From: an uncultured Ferruginibacter sp.
GTDB lineage: Bacteria > Bacteroidota > Bacteroidia > Chitinophagales > Chitinophagaceae
Assembly: GCA_964496585.1 (NCBI GenBank)
Contig: CAZCAA010000002.1
Coordinates: 36,995-100,994 of the forward strand
Direction: 5' to 3'
Length of the DNA stretch: 64,000 nt
Positions 50,572-61,062 of this stretch are shown here, one piece after another. The position numbers were made by a program, and so were the translations under genes. The notes beneath the pieces were generated by a model. The model was not told where the DNA came from, made no database searches, and worked only from the letters and a program-made list of their open reading frames with translations. The first letter of the stretch is position 1; each line of letters begins with the position of its first letter.

Positions 50572-53500
50572 CTAAGCAATGTTTCCTGCAGGTTCATCAG
50601 ATTTATCAGTTGAATTTAAATCCGGGTACTTTTCCAGGATAGTATATTTCTTATTGCGCGACATGTAGGAATACATCGCAGGAATTACAAACAATGTAAG
50701 TAATAGTGAAAATATTAAACCCCCTACCACTACAATACCAAGCGGGACCCTGCTGGTAGAAGCTGCTCCAAGGCTTAACGCAATTGGCAATGCACCAAAG
50801 GATGTGGCCAGACTTGTCATAAGGATTGGGCGCAACCTTTGCCGAGACGCTTCCAGTACTGCTTCCATTTTGTTCATTCCCTGTTCTCTTTTCTTATTGG
50901 CAAATTCCACAATAAGAATACCATTTTTGGTGACGAGCCCAATGAGCATGATCATACCAATTTCAGAAAATATATTAAGTGTTTGTCCAAAAATCCACAA
51001 ACTAAGTAAGGCTCCGGCCAAAGCCAATGGAACGGTAAACATGATGATAAATGGATCTACAAAACTTTCAAATTGTGCTGCAAGAACGAGGTAAATTAAT
51101 ATCAATGCCAATCCGAATGCAAAGGCAATGTTGGAAGAACTTTCTGCGTAATCGCGTGAAGGGCCGGTTAGCGCAGTTTGGAATGTTTCATCAAGCAACT
51201 TATTGGAAATAGCCTGCATAGCTTTAATTCCATCACCAATCGTATTTCCATCAGACAATGATGCAGAGATGGTAGCAGCTTTATAACGGTTGTAATGAAA
51301 CAATGTTGGTGGGCTGCTACTCTCCTCCAGTTTTACAACAGATGATAAAGGAATACTTTGTCCTTTATCATTTTTAACGTACAATCTGGATATATCATTC
51401 GGCTTGTTCCTTTCATTGCGTTCAACCTGGGCAATTACTGTATATTGAAAACCATCTTTTAAAAAATATGCCAGCCTGCCTCCACTAAAAGCCGATTGGA
51501 TAGCTGCTACTACATCTTGTGAAGACAACCCCAGGTCTTTCACTTTCATTCTATCCAATGTTAATTGTATTTCCGGCTTATTAAATTTCAGGTTCACATC
51601 AACATTTGAAAATGTTTTATCTTTTCTGGCTTCTTCCAAAAACCTAGGAATAATTTCCTTCATTTTTTCCAGATCCTGATTCTGCAGAACAAACTGAACG
51701 GGCAGTCCGCCACGTGACCCCGCTCCCACTGCAATTGTTTGTTCCTGTATAGCAAATATTTTCGCGTCATTGAAACTAGCCATTTTCTTGTTAAGATCAC
51801 TAGCAATCTCATTTTGAGATCGGTTTCTTTCACCTGGCGGAACCAAAGCCAATCTGGGTTGCGAACTATTAATTGCCCCAGCCGGCGTTCTTGAAAAAAC
51901 GAAGTCCCTTTCCGGTACCGAATCATATAGGTAATTGTCGATGTTATCTACCGTTTCCTGCATTTTACTATAACTGGTCCCTTCAGGTGCACTAACGGTA
52001 AAGCGTACGCTACTTCTATCTTCCAGCGGAGCTATTTCGCTTTTAAGTGAATTCATGATAAAATAGATCAACACAGCGCAAACTCCTACAATAACCAACG
52101 CCATGAACCGCACTTTTAAAAATCCGTTCAGCAAGTTTCTATATCCGTTTTCCATTCCGGTAAAAAATGGTTCTGTTTTTAAATAGAACTTCCCGTGCCC
52201 CTGCTTTTTTCGGGTTAACACAACATTCAATACTGGCGTAATGGTAAGTGATACGAGCGCAGAAATGAGTACCGCTGCGGCCAATGTAACGCCAAATTCA
52301 CGAAATAGCCTGCCAATAAATCCCTCAAGAAAAATTACCGGAAGAAACACGATTGCCAGCGTTATAGACGTTGATATTACGGCAAAGAAAATCTCCTTAC
52401 TTCCCTCCAGTGCTGCTTTTTTGACGGGCAATCCTTCTTCAATCTTACGAAAGATATTTTCTGTAACAACGATACCATCATCCACCACCAGGCCTGTTGC
52501 CAAAACAATTCCCAATAATGTTAATATATTTATTGAGAAGCCGGAGATGTACATGATAAAAAAGGTTGCAATCAGCGAAATCGGAATATCTATCAAAGGG
52601 CGAATAGCGATTAACCAATCGCGAAAGAAGAAAAAGATAACCAGCACCACGAACCCAAAAGAAATAAAAATCGTTTCTTCTACCTCACTGATTGATTTCC
52701 TGATATTCACTGTATTATCAAGCAACACATTTAATTCAATATCTGATTTATTATTTTTTTTGATCGCTTCCAGCTTTTTATAAAAGTTATCTGCGATCTT
52801 AATATTATCTGCACCTGGCTGAGGAATTATTACAAGACCTACAGCATTTACACCATTAAATTTCCAGCTTTGTTCCAGGTTTTCCGGACCAATTTCTACA
52901 CGTGCTACGTCTGACAATCGAATTATACCGGAACTATCCTGTTTTATGATAAGATCCCTGAATTCCTTTTCAGTAGTGAGCCTTCCCAAAGTTTTAATCG
53001 TAAGTTCTGTGTTATCACCATAGATCTTGCCAGGAGGAAGATCAATATTCTCCTTTGTTAAAGAAGTGCGTATGTCCGTAAACGATACGTTGAAGGCATC
53101 CATTTTATCAGGATTCATCCACAAGCGCATTGCATAACGTTTCTGTCCGAATATGTTAACAGAACTCACCTGGTTAATAGTTTGAAACTGTTGTTGCAAT
53201 ACATTCTCTGCATAATCGCTTAACTCCAGTAAACCTTTGGAGCGGCTTTGAACAGCCAGTATCAATATAAAATCACTATTGGCATCTGCTTTTGTTACAA
53301 CAGGTGGTGCATCAACGTCCTGCGGCAGGCTCCTGCTCGCCTGTCCTACTTTGTCACGTACGTCGCTGGCAGCAGCGTCCAGGTCTACCCCCAATTCAAA
53401 TTCTACTGAAATATTGCTGCTACCCAATGAGCTGGAGGAGTTGATGGTTTTTATACCAGGAATTCCATTGATTTGCTTTTCCAATGGTTCCGTAATCTGG

Positions 53501-53682
53501 CTTTCGATGATGTCGGGATTAGCTCCGGTGTAAGAAGTGCGGATACTGATTACAGCAGGATCGATGGCGGGATAATCCCGTACAGCAAGAAAAGTAAACC
53601 CAACAATTCCAAAAAGGATGATCATCAGGTTTAATACCGTAGCAAAAACGGGCCGCCTTAGAGAAAATTCAGAAATATTCAT
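50572..53682 (-). CDS. RND efflux permease (AcrB/AcrD/AcrF family)
   Basis: 'RRPVFA', 'GLVVDDGIVV.EN', 'KNGILIVEF', 'RLRPILMT'. Confidence 0.96.
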   Translation of the reverse strand: MNISEFSLRRPVFATVLNLMIILFGIVGFTFLAVRDYPAIDPAVISIRTSYTGANPDIIESQITEPLEKQINGIPGIKTINSSSSLGSSNISVEFELGVDLDAAASDVRDKVGQASRSLPQDVDAPPVVTKADANSDFILILAVQSRSKGLLELSDYAENVLQQQFQTINQVSSVNIFGQKRYAMRLWMNPDKMDAFNVSFTDIRTSLTKENIDLPPGKIYGDNTELTIKTLGRLTTEKEFRDLIIKQDSSGIIRLSDVARVEIGPENLEQSWKFNGVNAVGLVIIPQPGADNIKIADNFYKKLEAIKKNNKSDIELNVLLDNTVNIRKSISEVEETIFISFGFVVLVIFFFFRDWLIAIRPLIDIPISLIATFFIMYISGFSINILTLLGIVLATGLVVDDGIVVTENIFRKIEEGLPVKKAALEGSKEIFFAVISTSITLAIVFLPVIFLEGFIGRLFREFGVTLAAAVLISALVSLTITPVLNVVLTRKKQGHGKFYLKTEPFFTGMENGYRNLLNGFLKVRFMALVIVGVCAVLIYFIMNSLKSEIAPLEDRSSVRFTVSAPEGTSYSKMQETVDNIDNYLYDSVPERDFVFSRTPAGAINSSQPRLALVPPGERNRSQNEIASDLNKKMASFNDAKIFAIQEQTIAVGAGSRGGLPVQFVLQNQDLEKMKEIIPRFLEEARKDKTFSNVDVNLKFNKPEIQLTLDRMKVKDLGLSSQDVVAAIQSAFSGGRLAYFLKDGFQYTVIAQVERNERNKPNDISRLYVKNDKGQSIPLSSVVKLEESSSPPTLFHYNRYKAATISASLSDGNTIGDGIKAMQAISNKLLDETFQTALTGPSRDYAESSSNIAFAFGLALILIYLVLAAQFESFVDPFIIMFTVPLALAGALLSLWIFGQTLNIFSEIGMIMLIGLVTKNGILIVEFANKKREQGMNKMEAVLEASRQRLRPILMTSLATSFGALPIALSLGAASTSRVPLGIVVVGGLIFSLLLTLFVIPAMYSYMSRNKKYTILEKYPDLNSTDKSDEPAGNIA

Positions 53683-53741
53683 TCGCTGATTCTATTGATA
53701 AAAAATAATCACAAAAGCATTTATAATATATTCTCCGTTTT

Positions 53742-54827
53742 CTACTTCCCTGAAGTATCCTTAATATGTTCTAGTGAAAGCTGCTTAACCGACCTCACAT
53801 TCAGCTTACTTTTTGGCCTGGCAAATAACACTCCGGTTACTACAACAGTATCACCAGTACTTATACCGGAAATTATTTCAACATTATTTTCCATCCTGTT
53901 ACCAGTTTGAACATTTACAAATTTCGCCATACCATCTTTTACTATAATAAGCTGGTTATTTCTATCGTCGGGAATAATTGCATTTGTAGGAACCAATATT
54001 GATGTTCTGTTTTTGCCTTCGTCGATAAATACTTTTACAAATGCTCCCGGATTTACGTTTGATTCCTTCAAAACTGCTCTAACCTTAATATTACGGGTAT
54101 CAGTATTCGCTCCGGGCTCTGTTGCAATTATTGTGGCAGTTTCCCTTTTGTCATCATTGGCATCCAAGGAAATTTCAATTGACGAACCAGCTTTAATTAT
54201 ATTTCCATAAGCTTCAGGTAGTGTAAAATCGATCTTCACCTGACTCAATTGCTGTAACGTTGCAATAATTGTGGAAGGCGAAACATAAGCGCCGGGGCTT
54301 ACCTGCCTTAACCCTACTACGCCTGTAAATGGAGCCTTGATGACCGTTTTATCAATCAATGATTGTGTGTACTGAATATCTGCTTTAAATCCATTAACCT
54401 GGTTAAGTGCAATATCATAATCGCTTTGATTAATTCCACTTACATCCAACAGTTGCTTATATCTGCCAACAGTTGTTTGAGCGAGATCTAGCTGAACCCT
54501 TATTTTATTAAGTTGCGCCCGAAGATCTGCATCATTAATTTTGGCTATAATGGTTCCTTTTTGGACCAACCCGCCTTCTGCCACTTTTAGATAACTAAGC
54601 CTGCCACTTACCTCCGGCCTCAATTCCAGGTATTCATTTGCTACAACCGATCCGTTCGCTTCAATGATATTACTTACCGGCCTCGGCTCAGCAATAATCA
54701 CATCTACTACAACCGGCGGATTTGGTTTGGCTGTTTTGAGTTCCTTTTTTTTGTTGCTACAGCCAATAAACATGAAAAGCAAAAATAACAGCAATGAAAA
54801 ATTAAACAGCTTTTTAAAAAATGTCAT
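53742..54827 (-). CDS. RND periplasmic adaptor (membrane fusion protein)
   Basis: Lipoprotein signal, 'PEVSG', 'IKAPFTG'. Confidence 0.94.
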   Translation of the reverse strand: MTFFKKLFNFSLLLFLLFMFIGCSNKKKELKTAKPNPPVVVDVIIAEPRPVSNIIEANGSVVANEYLELRPEVSGRLSYLKVAEGGLVQKGTIIAKINDADLRAQLNKIRVQLDLAQTTVGRYKQLLDVSGINQSDYDIALNQVNGFKADIQYTQSLIDKTVIKAPFTGVVGLRQVSPGAYVSPSTIIATLQQLSQVKIDFTLPEAYGNIIKAGSSIEISLDANDDKRETATIIATEPGANTDTRNIKVRAVLKESNVNPGAFVKVFIDEGKNRTSILVPTNAIIPDDRNNQLIIVKDGMAKFVNVQTGNRMENNVEIISGISTGDTVVVTGVLFARPKSKLNVRSVKQLSLEHIKDTSGK

Positions 54828-54900
54828 TAGAATTTATTTACGCTTAATATCAACAAATTTGAACCAGCGAAGTTCATTAAAATTTATCTCGTCTAAAAAG

Positions 54901-54915
54901 GCACAATCTATGCCA
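54901..54915 (-). promoter_or_regulatory. Candidate sigma54 promoter of the RND operon
   Basis: Minus strand TGGCATAGATTGTGC (GG-N10-GC). Confidence 0.5.
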
Positions 54916-55001
54916 ATAACGGCTTAAAAATTTTGTTACCTGTTTGAAAAGTATGAACAGCTTTTCCTGTTTTTAGCTTTTCTTTGCTAAAAATAGTATT
55001 T

Positions 55002-55493
55002 ATGCATCCATTTGTTGGAATCATTATGGGAAGCGAAAGCGATCTTACAGTAATGGAACCGGCTGTTGCAATACTCAAGGATTTTGCAATCCCTTTTGAA
55101 CTAACGATTGTTTCTGCTCACAGAACTCCCGACAGGATGAGAACTTATGCGCTGGCAGCAAAGGCCCGCGGACTAAAAGTGATCATTGCCGGAGCAGGTG
55201 GTGCAGCGCATCTTCCTGGTATGGTGGCATCATATACAACATTGCCTGTTATTGGTGTTCCTGTAAAATCTTCAAATTCTATTGATGGATGGGATTCTGT
55301 TTTATCAATCTTACAAATGCCAACAGGCGTTCCTGTGGCAACAGTTGCTCTAAATGGTGCAAAAAATGCCGCTATTCTAGCGGCCCAAATAATTGCTTTA
55401 TCAGACAATATCCTGGCGGATAAACTAACGGAATATAAAAAATTATTGGAAAAACAAGTGATGGATATGGTTGAACGAGTAAAACCAATGTAA
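55002..55493 (+). CDS. purE: N5-CAIR mutase
   Basis: 'IMGSESD', 'SAHRTP', '[12 protein letters not shown]', '[10 protein letters not shown]'. Confidence 0.97.
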   Translation: MHPFVGIIMGSESDLTVMEPAVAILKDFAIPFELTIVSAHRTPDRMRTYALAAKARGLKVIIAGAGGAAHLPGMVASYTTLPVIGVPVKSSNSIDGWDSVLSILQMPTGVPVATVALNGAKNAAILAAQIIALSDNILADKLTEYKKLLEKQVMDMVERVKPM

Positions 55494-55626
55494 TATTCTG
55501 GTTAAATTTTGTATTAAAACCAATCCTGTTTCAATTAATACGATATTTTCGCCGCTCATCAATAAATCGCCGTTTTCTCACGGGAAGACGGTTTTGTAAT
55601 TATTTTTACATACAAACTCAAGTAAT

Positions 55627-56937
55627 ATGCTTAAACAAAAATTAGTATTTCTTTTAATGTGCGGTTCTTTTGTGGCCAATGCACAAAAAGTGGCTTTTAC
55701 AGAATATGATATGAAGAACGGACTTCATGTGGTGTTACACCAGGATAAAACTGCCCCGGTTGTAGCTGTATCCGTTATGTACCATGTGGGTAGTAAAGAT
55801 GAATTAACAAATCGTACAGGATTTGCTCACTTTTTTGAGCATTTGTTATTTGAAGGAACAAAAAATATTAAGCGGGGAGAATTTATGAAACTTGTGAGTA
55901 GCAACGGCGGACAAAATAATGCCAATACTTCTCAGGATCGTACATTTTATTATGAAGTTTTCCCTTCTAATCAATTGGAAACAGGGCTTTGGCTGGAAAG
56001 TGAGCGTATGATGCATCCCGTTATTAACGAAATCGGCGTTAAAACGCAAAATGAAGTTGTAAAAGAAGAGAAAAGATTAAGGGTAGACAACCAGCCCTAT
56101 GGCAATTTTATTGCAGAAATCATGAAACGTTTGTTCATCAAACATCCCTATAATTGGGTACCAATTGGTAGCATGGCAGATCTTGATGCAGCAACATTAG
56201 ATGAATTTATAGCATTCAATAAGAAGTATTATGTTCCTAATAATGCTGTTTTGGTAATTGCAGGAGACATTGATATCGAAAAAACAAAGTCTTTAGTGGA
56301 AGGTTATTTTGGCCCCATACCTATGGGTGCAGCAATTACGCGTAACCCGGCAAGAGAAGAGCCAATTACTGTTCAAATTGTAGATACTGCCTATGATAAC
56401 AACATTCAGATTCCTGCAATTATGACGGCCTACCGCACGCCAGGTATGACAAGCAAAGAATCTATTGCACTTCAATTAGCTTCAGATGTATTGAGCCAGG
56501 GCGCCAGCAGCCGTATGTATAAGAAGATGGTTGATGAAAAAAAGAACTCTCTTCAGGTAGGTTCTTTTAACTATGCCCTGGAAGATTATGGTGCCTATAT
56601 CACCTATGCGTTACCGAATGGTGATGTAACACTTACAACACTTTTGAAGGACATGGATGATGAGATTGTTAAATTGCAGAATGAATTAATCAGTGAAACT
56701 GAATTCACCAAAATCAGAAATCAATATGAGAACAATTATATCGGCACCAACGCAAAGATGTTAGGCGTTGCTGAAAACCTGGCCGATGGTTATAGTTTTT
56801 ACAACAAGAATACCAACCACATCAATGAAGATCTGGAAGAAGTAAGGAAAGTTACAAGAGAAGACATCCAGAATGTTGTAAAAAAATACCTGAACCCAAA
56901 CCAACGGGTGGTTCTGTACTATTTACCAAAGAAATAA
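55627..56937 (+). CDS. M16 zinc peptidase, catalytic subunit
   Basis: 'HFFEH' (HxxEH), 'NANTS.DRT'. Confidence 0.94.
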   Translation: MLKQKLVFLLMCGSFVANAQKVAFTEYDMKNGLHVVLHQDKTAPVVAVSVMYHVGSKDELTNRTGFAHFFEHLLFEGTKNIKRGEFMKLVSSNGGQNNANTSQDRTFYYEVFPSNQLETGLWLESERMMHPVINEIGVKTQNEVVKEEKRLRVDNQPYGNFIAEIMKRLFIKHPYNWVPIGSMADLDAATLDEFIAFNKKYYVPNNAVLVIAGDIDIEKTKSLVEGYFGPIPMGAAITRNPAREEPITVQIVDTAYDNNIQIPAIMTAYRTPGMTSKESIALQLASDVLSQGASSRMYKKMVDEKKNSLQVGSFNYALEDYGAYITYALPNGDVTLTTLLKDMDDEIVKLQNELISETEFTKIRNQYENNYIGTNAKMLGVAENLADGYSFYNKNTNHINEDLEEVRKVTREDIQNVVKKYLNPNQRVVLYYLPKK

Positions 56938-56971
56938 TTGTAAAAAAAATATCCAGTAAAAAAATTATAAA

Positions 56972-59065
56972 ATGAAGAAAATAATATATACCCTGTTTTT
57001 TGCGGCAACAGCAATTGCCAGTCAGGCACAAACAACTGTTGATCGTACCAAGCCACCTAAACCGGGGCCTGCGCCTATAATTCAATTTGCAAGTCCAGTT
57101 ACATTTACTTTACCAAATGGTATGACAATTCTGGTAGTAGAAAATCATAAACTTCCAAAAGTTACGGCCAGCCTTAATATTGATATGGGACCGGTTCTGG
57201 AAGGGAAAAAAGCCGGTGTGATGACGTTGATGGGGCAAATGCTTTCTGAAGGAACAAAATCTATGACGAAAGCAAAATTTGATGAATCAATTGATATTCT
57301 CGGAGCTGATGTGAATTTATATTCAGCAGGTGGATCTACGTCTGCCCTTACCCGTTATTTCAACCAGGCATTTATGCTGATGGCTGATGCACTGAAGCAA
57401 CCTGCTTTTCCGCAGGAATCTTTTGAAAAACTTCAGAAGCAAACAATCACAGGATTAAAGTCGGGTGAAAAAAGTGCTGCTGCGATTTCAGGAAGGGTTC
57501 TCGGAGCTCTTGCTTATGGCAAGAACACAGCTATGGGGGAATTTGTAACAGAAGAATCTGTGAAAGCACTTACACTGGAAGATGTTAAAGATTATTATAA
57601 AAATTATATCACTCCTTCACGCAGTTATTTAACTTTTGTGGGAGATATTACTCCAGGTAAAGCTAAGGAGTTAGCCATTCGTGCTTTTGGAAGCTGGACG
57701 GGAAGAAAATTATCATTACCTCAAATTCCTAATGTTGAAAACGTAGTTAAAACAGAAATAAATTTTGTTGATGTACCAACAGCTGTGCAGGGAGAACTGA
57801 GTGTTACCAATCTGATCAACAATCCTATGGGCGGAAAAGATTACCACGCTTTGTTAATTGCCAACCAGATACTGGGTGGTGGTGCAGAAAGCAAACTTTT
57901 TATGAACCTTAGGGAAAAGCATGGTTTTACTTATGGAAGTTATTCAAATACCGGAAATGGCCGTTTTCAAAGCCAGTTTAAAACCAGTGCACAAGTAAGA
58001 AGTGAAAAAGCAGATAGTGCGATCGTGGAAATGATGAATGAAATTGATAACATGAGATCCGGCAAAATCACTGAAGAAGAACTGGCGATTGCCAAAGCAA
58101 AATATAATGGTTCATTTGCACTGGGAATGGAAGATCCAAGCCGCACGGCCACCTATGCTTCTAATATCCTGATTAATAATTTACCGAAGGATTTCTATCG
58201 TACTTTCTTACAAAAGGTAAATGCGCTTACGGTTGCTGATATTCAGAAAGCTTCGCAGAAGTACTATGATGCAAACAAAAGTCGTATTGTAGTGGTTGGC
58301 AATGGCAGCAAGATTTTGCCCAACTTAACACGTTTAGGCTATCCTGTTAAGCAGTATGATAAATATGCGGATCCGGTAGTAGAGAAAGCAAAAGAAACTG
58401 ATATCAAAGAATCTGATAAGAATACTGATGCTGTAACTGCATTTTCAATTGTTGAGGATTACCTGAAAGCAATTGGTGGAAAAGAAGAAGCTAAAAAAGT
58501 AAATTCACTTAAAATGACTTTCTCTTTAGATATGATGGGCAGAACTTTTGAAGGAACAGAATTGAAAATGGCACCAAATAAAGACTATACAGAAATTAAA
58601 ATGGGCGAAACAAAAGTGATGCAATCTGTTTTTGATGGCAGCAAAGGTTACCAGGCTCAAATGGGACAGAAAAAAGAAATGGATGAGAAACAAATAAAAG
58701 AAGCACAGGATTCTAAAGCCCTGATACCACAATTATTTTATATCACGAACGATTATAAAACTTCTTACATAGGAATTGGAAAAGTTGGCGATGAAAGTGC
58801 TTACAAAATCAAGATCACCAAACCAAGTGGCAAGGTAAGTACCGAATATTATTCCATGAAGACATCTCTATTGTTAAGGGAAGAAAGTTCTTCTGTTGCT
58901 GATGGTGTTGAAACTCCCGAAAGCACTGATTATTCTGACTATAGAAAAGTTGGAACGCTGATGTTCCCTTTCTCTATTATCCAATCACAGGGAGAACAGG
59001 AATTTCCACTTAAAATAACAGATATTAAAGTAAACGAATCTGTAACGGACGCTGACTTCAAGTAA
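56972..59065 (+). CDS. M16 peptidase partner subunit (no HxxEH) with an extra C-terminal domain
   Basis: 'LFMNLREKHGFTY' R-Y motif; about 220-aa C-terminal extension. Confidence 0.9.
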   Translation: MKKIIYTLFFAATAIASQAQTTVDRTKPPKPGPAPIIQFASPVTFTLPNGMTILVVENHKLPKVTASLNIDMGPVLEGKKAGVMTLMGQMLSEGTKSMTKAKFDESIDILGADVNLYSAGGSTSALTRYFNQAFMLMADALKQPAFPQESFEKLQKQTITGLKSGEKSAAAISGRVLGALAYGKNTAMGEFVTEESVKALTLEDVKDYYKNYITPSRSYLTFVGDITPGKAKELAIRAFGSWTGRKLSLPQIPNVENVVKTEINFVDVPTAVQGELSVTNLINNPMGGKDYHALLIANQILGGGAESKLFMNLREKHGFTYGSYSNTGNGRFQSQFKTSAQVRSEKADSAIVEMMNEIDNMRSGKITEEELAIAKAKYNGSFALGMEDPSRTATYASNILINNLPKDFYRTFLQKVNALTVADIQKASQKYYDANKSRIVVVGNGSKILPNLTRLGYPVKQYDKYADPVVEKAKETDIKESDKNTDAVTAFSIVEDYLKAIGGKEEAKKVNSLKMTFSLDMMGRTFEGTELKMAPNKDYTEIKMGETKVMQSVFDGSKGYQAQMGQKKEMDEKQIKEAQDSKALIPQLFYITNDYKTSYIGIGKVGDESAYKIKITKPSGKVSTEYYSMKTSLLLREESSSVADGVETPESTDYSDYRKVGTLMFPFSIIQSQGEQEFPLKITDIKVNESVTDADFK

Positions 59066-59082
59066 TAATTTTAAATCTTATT

Positions 59083-59117
59083 AAAAAAAAACCTCCCGGA
59101 TAAGGAGGTTTTTTTTT
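59083..59117. terminator. Bidirectional terminator
   Basis: A9-CCTCC-N7-GGAGG-T9 between convergent genes. Confidence 0.88.
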
Positions 59118-59189
59118 AATACTATCGTTAGCTGAAAGTAAGTTTGTTCGAATATTTCTAAGAACAAAAATAAACTATCGCTTAGAAAA

Positions 59190-60788
59190 CTATTGCTCTT
59201 CTACAATACAAAATTCCTGCTCCAAAGTATTGGAATGATCATACAATTTCTTGATCAGACCATTGCCCCACAGTGCATAGAATGGCATTATGTTATCAAC
59301 ACGTTCCTGTAAATTACCTCTTGGAAATAAAGCCGATTTTATCAGATTTATTTGCCGTTGTCCAGCTTCAAATTTCTTCTTTTCCGCTTTCAACATTTTC
59401 TTTTCCAACAAACTTACTTTATTTAGAGCCTGAACCTTTAAGGCAGCCACATGATTTGCCAGGGTTGTATCAATTAATTTGGCCGATGAACTTATTTTTT
59501 CATACAACTGGGATAACAATGCCTTTTCTGCTTCGAGATAAAGTTTATTTTTACTTTCAGTTTTCACGTAAGTGTCAATCAGGAATTGGTTGGGTTTAAA
59601 GAAATCTTCCGGATCAAATTTCAATTTAACAATTTTCGTTGCTATCCCCTTTTTCACGATCATAAATGAATTGCGCAAGATCAATACGGGATATGGCACA
59701 TTAACAGCTTCAAACACAGCTTTTAATTCCAGCCAATAGGCTAGTTCTCCACCGCCACCAATAAACACAACGTTAGGTAAAATGAGTTCCTGGAACACTG
59801 GCCTCAGTATAACGTTGGGGCTAAACCGCTCGGGGAATTCCTTTAATTCCTGGAATATCTCTTCTTTGCTAAAAGTTATGTTGCTGTTGGCAATAGCAAA
59901 ACCATCTTTGTAAGGCTCTATCCTTTCCCTGATGTTATCTTTTAAATAAAACAAGTTTATGTCCCGGCCGGCTACCTGAACTTTATACTTTTCAGGAAAT
60001 ACTTTTAAGGTTTCTACTACGGCAGTTTGTGAAAATTTTTCTGTTAATTCTTTTTTACTAACATCATAAAATGCACGCTTTAAATCTGCATTGTCTGGCA
60101 ACAGCACCACTAATCCATACTCCTTAAAAAGCTGGTGTACCAATTCGAAAGTAGCTTGTTCAATTGTTCTATTGAGCTGATAACAATATCTTACAAGATC
60201 AATTATTTCGTTTCCGTATTTTTCTATCGAAAGCTGTGCTTCAATTTCATTTATGATTCCGATAAATGCTTTATCAACTTTCATGCGACCGACTGCACCT
60301 TTCTGTGCTGTTTTCCATTCATAACGTTTATCATTCACCGTTACCTCTCCTAACTCCTCCAGATCCGCATCTTCACTCCCCATGTAATAAACCGGCACAA
60401 AATGGCATCCTTTAATTTTATTGTTTAATTTATCTGCCAGTTTAACTGCATGCAGAATCTTATAGATAAAATACAAATGGCCGGTAAATATATTAGGTTG
60501 GTGGGCAGTGCAGATCGTAAAGGTATTTTCACTTAAGAGTGATTCAATATTAAACTGCACTTGCTCATTCACTTTCAAGCTACTATATTGATCCTGCAAT
60601 GCTTTTACAAGCAGGTTGCGATTATACTTGTATTTTTTTCTTTCTTTGATCGCTTTCCGGATACCCCGCATATCAGGTTCATTAACATAAAAGTCTTTTA
60701 ATGCCGGATCTCCACTCACATAATCTTCCACAATTTTGGAAAATACTCCTGTTTTCTTGTAAGAAATATATTGGGAACTGAATTTCAT
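59190..60788 (-). CDS. bshC: Bacillithiol biosynthesis cysteine-adding enzyme
   Basis: 'TAHQP..FTG.LY..YK', 'SEDAD', 'FSPNVILRP', 'GGGELAYW', 'LQER'. Confidence 0.94.
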   Translation of the reverse strand: MKFSSQYISYKKTGVFSKIVEDYVSGDPALKDFYVNEPDMRGIRKAIKERKKYKYNRNLLVKALQDQYSSLKVNEQVQFNIESLLSENTFTICTAHQPNIFTGHLYFIYKILHAVKLADKLNNKIKGCHFVPVYYMGSEDADLEELGEVTVNDKRYEWKTAQKGAVGRMKVDKAFIGIINEIEAQLSIEKYGNEIIDLVRYCYQLNRTIEQATFELVHQLFKEYGLVVLLPDNADLKRAFYDVSKKELTEKFSQTAVVETLKVFPEKYKVQVAGRDINLFYLKDNIRERIEPYKDGFAIANSNITFSKEEIFQELKEFPERFSPNVILRPVFQELILPNVVFIGGGGELAYWLELKAVFEAVNVPYPVLILRNSFMIVKKGIATKIVKLKFDPEDFFKPNQFLIDTYVKTESKNKLYLEAEKALLSQLYEKISSSAKLIDTTLANHVAALKVQALNKVSLLEKKMLKAEKKKFEAGQRQINLIKSALFPRGNLQERVDNIMPFYALWGNGLIKKLYDHSNTLEQEFCIVEEQ

Positions 60789-60936
60789 TTTTAACTGATA
60801 CTTACTAGTTGTACAATTATGTAATAACAGGAAATCTAATTTGAATTCCGATTTAAGAAACTGTTCTACAGCTTTTCTAACAGGCTGCTAAAGTTATATT
60901 CTGAAAATTATGAACGTTGTTTACTTCAAAACTATT

Positions 60937-61046
60937 TTTTTACCACAGAGTTAAAGAAGGTAAAGGAAGAGTTTCACAGAGTTTTTAAAAAAGTATTTAT
61001 AATCTTTTTTACTCCGTGGAAAAATCTGTTTGCCTCTGCGGTTAAA
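60937..61046. repeat. Degenerate nested palindromic intergenic repeat
   Basis: TTTTACCACAGAG...TTCACAGAGT / ACTCCGTGGAA...CTCTGCGGTTAAA. Confidence 0.6.
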
Positions 61047-61062
61047 TTTTGATCCTGATACC

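Noticed and set aside
52241-52783. 180-aa plus-strand ORF
   Set aside because: Antisense to the RND permease TM region
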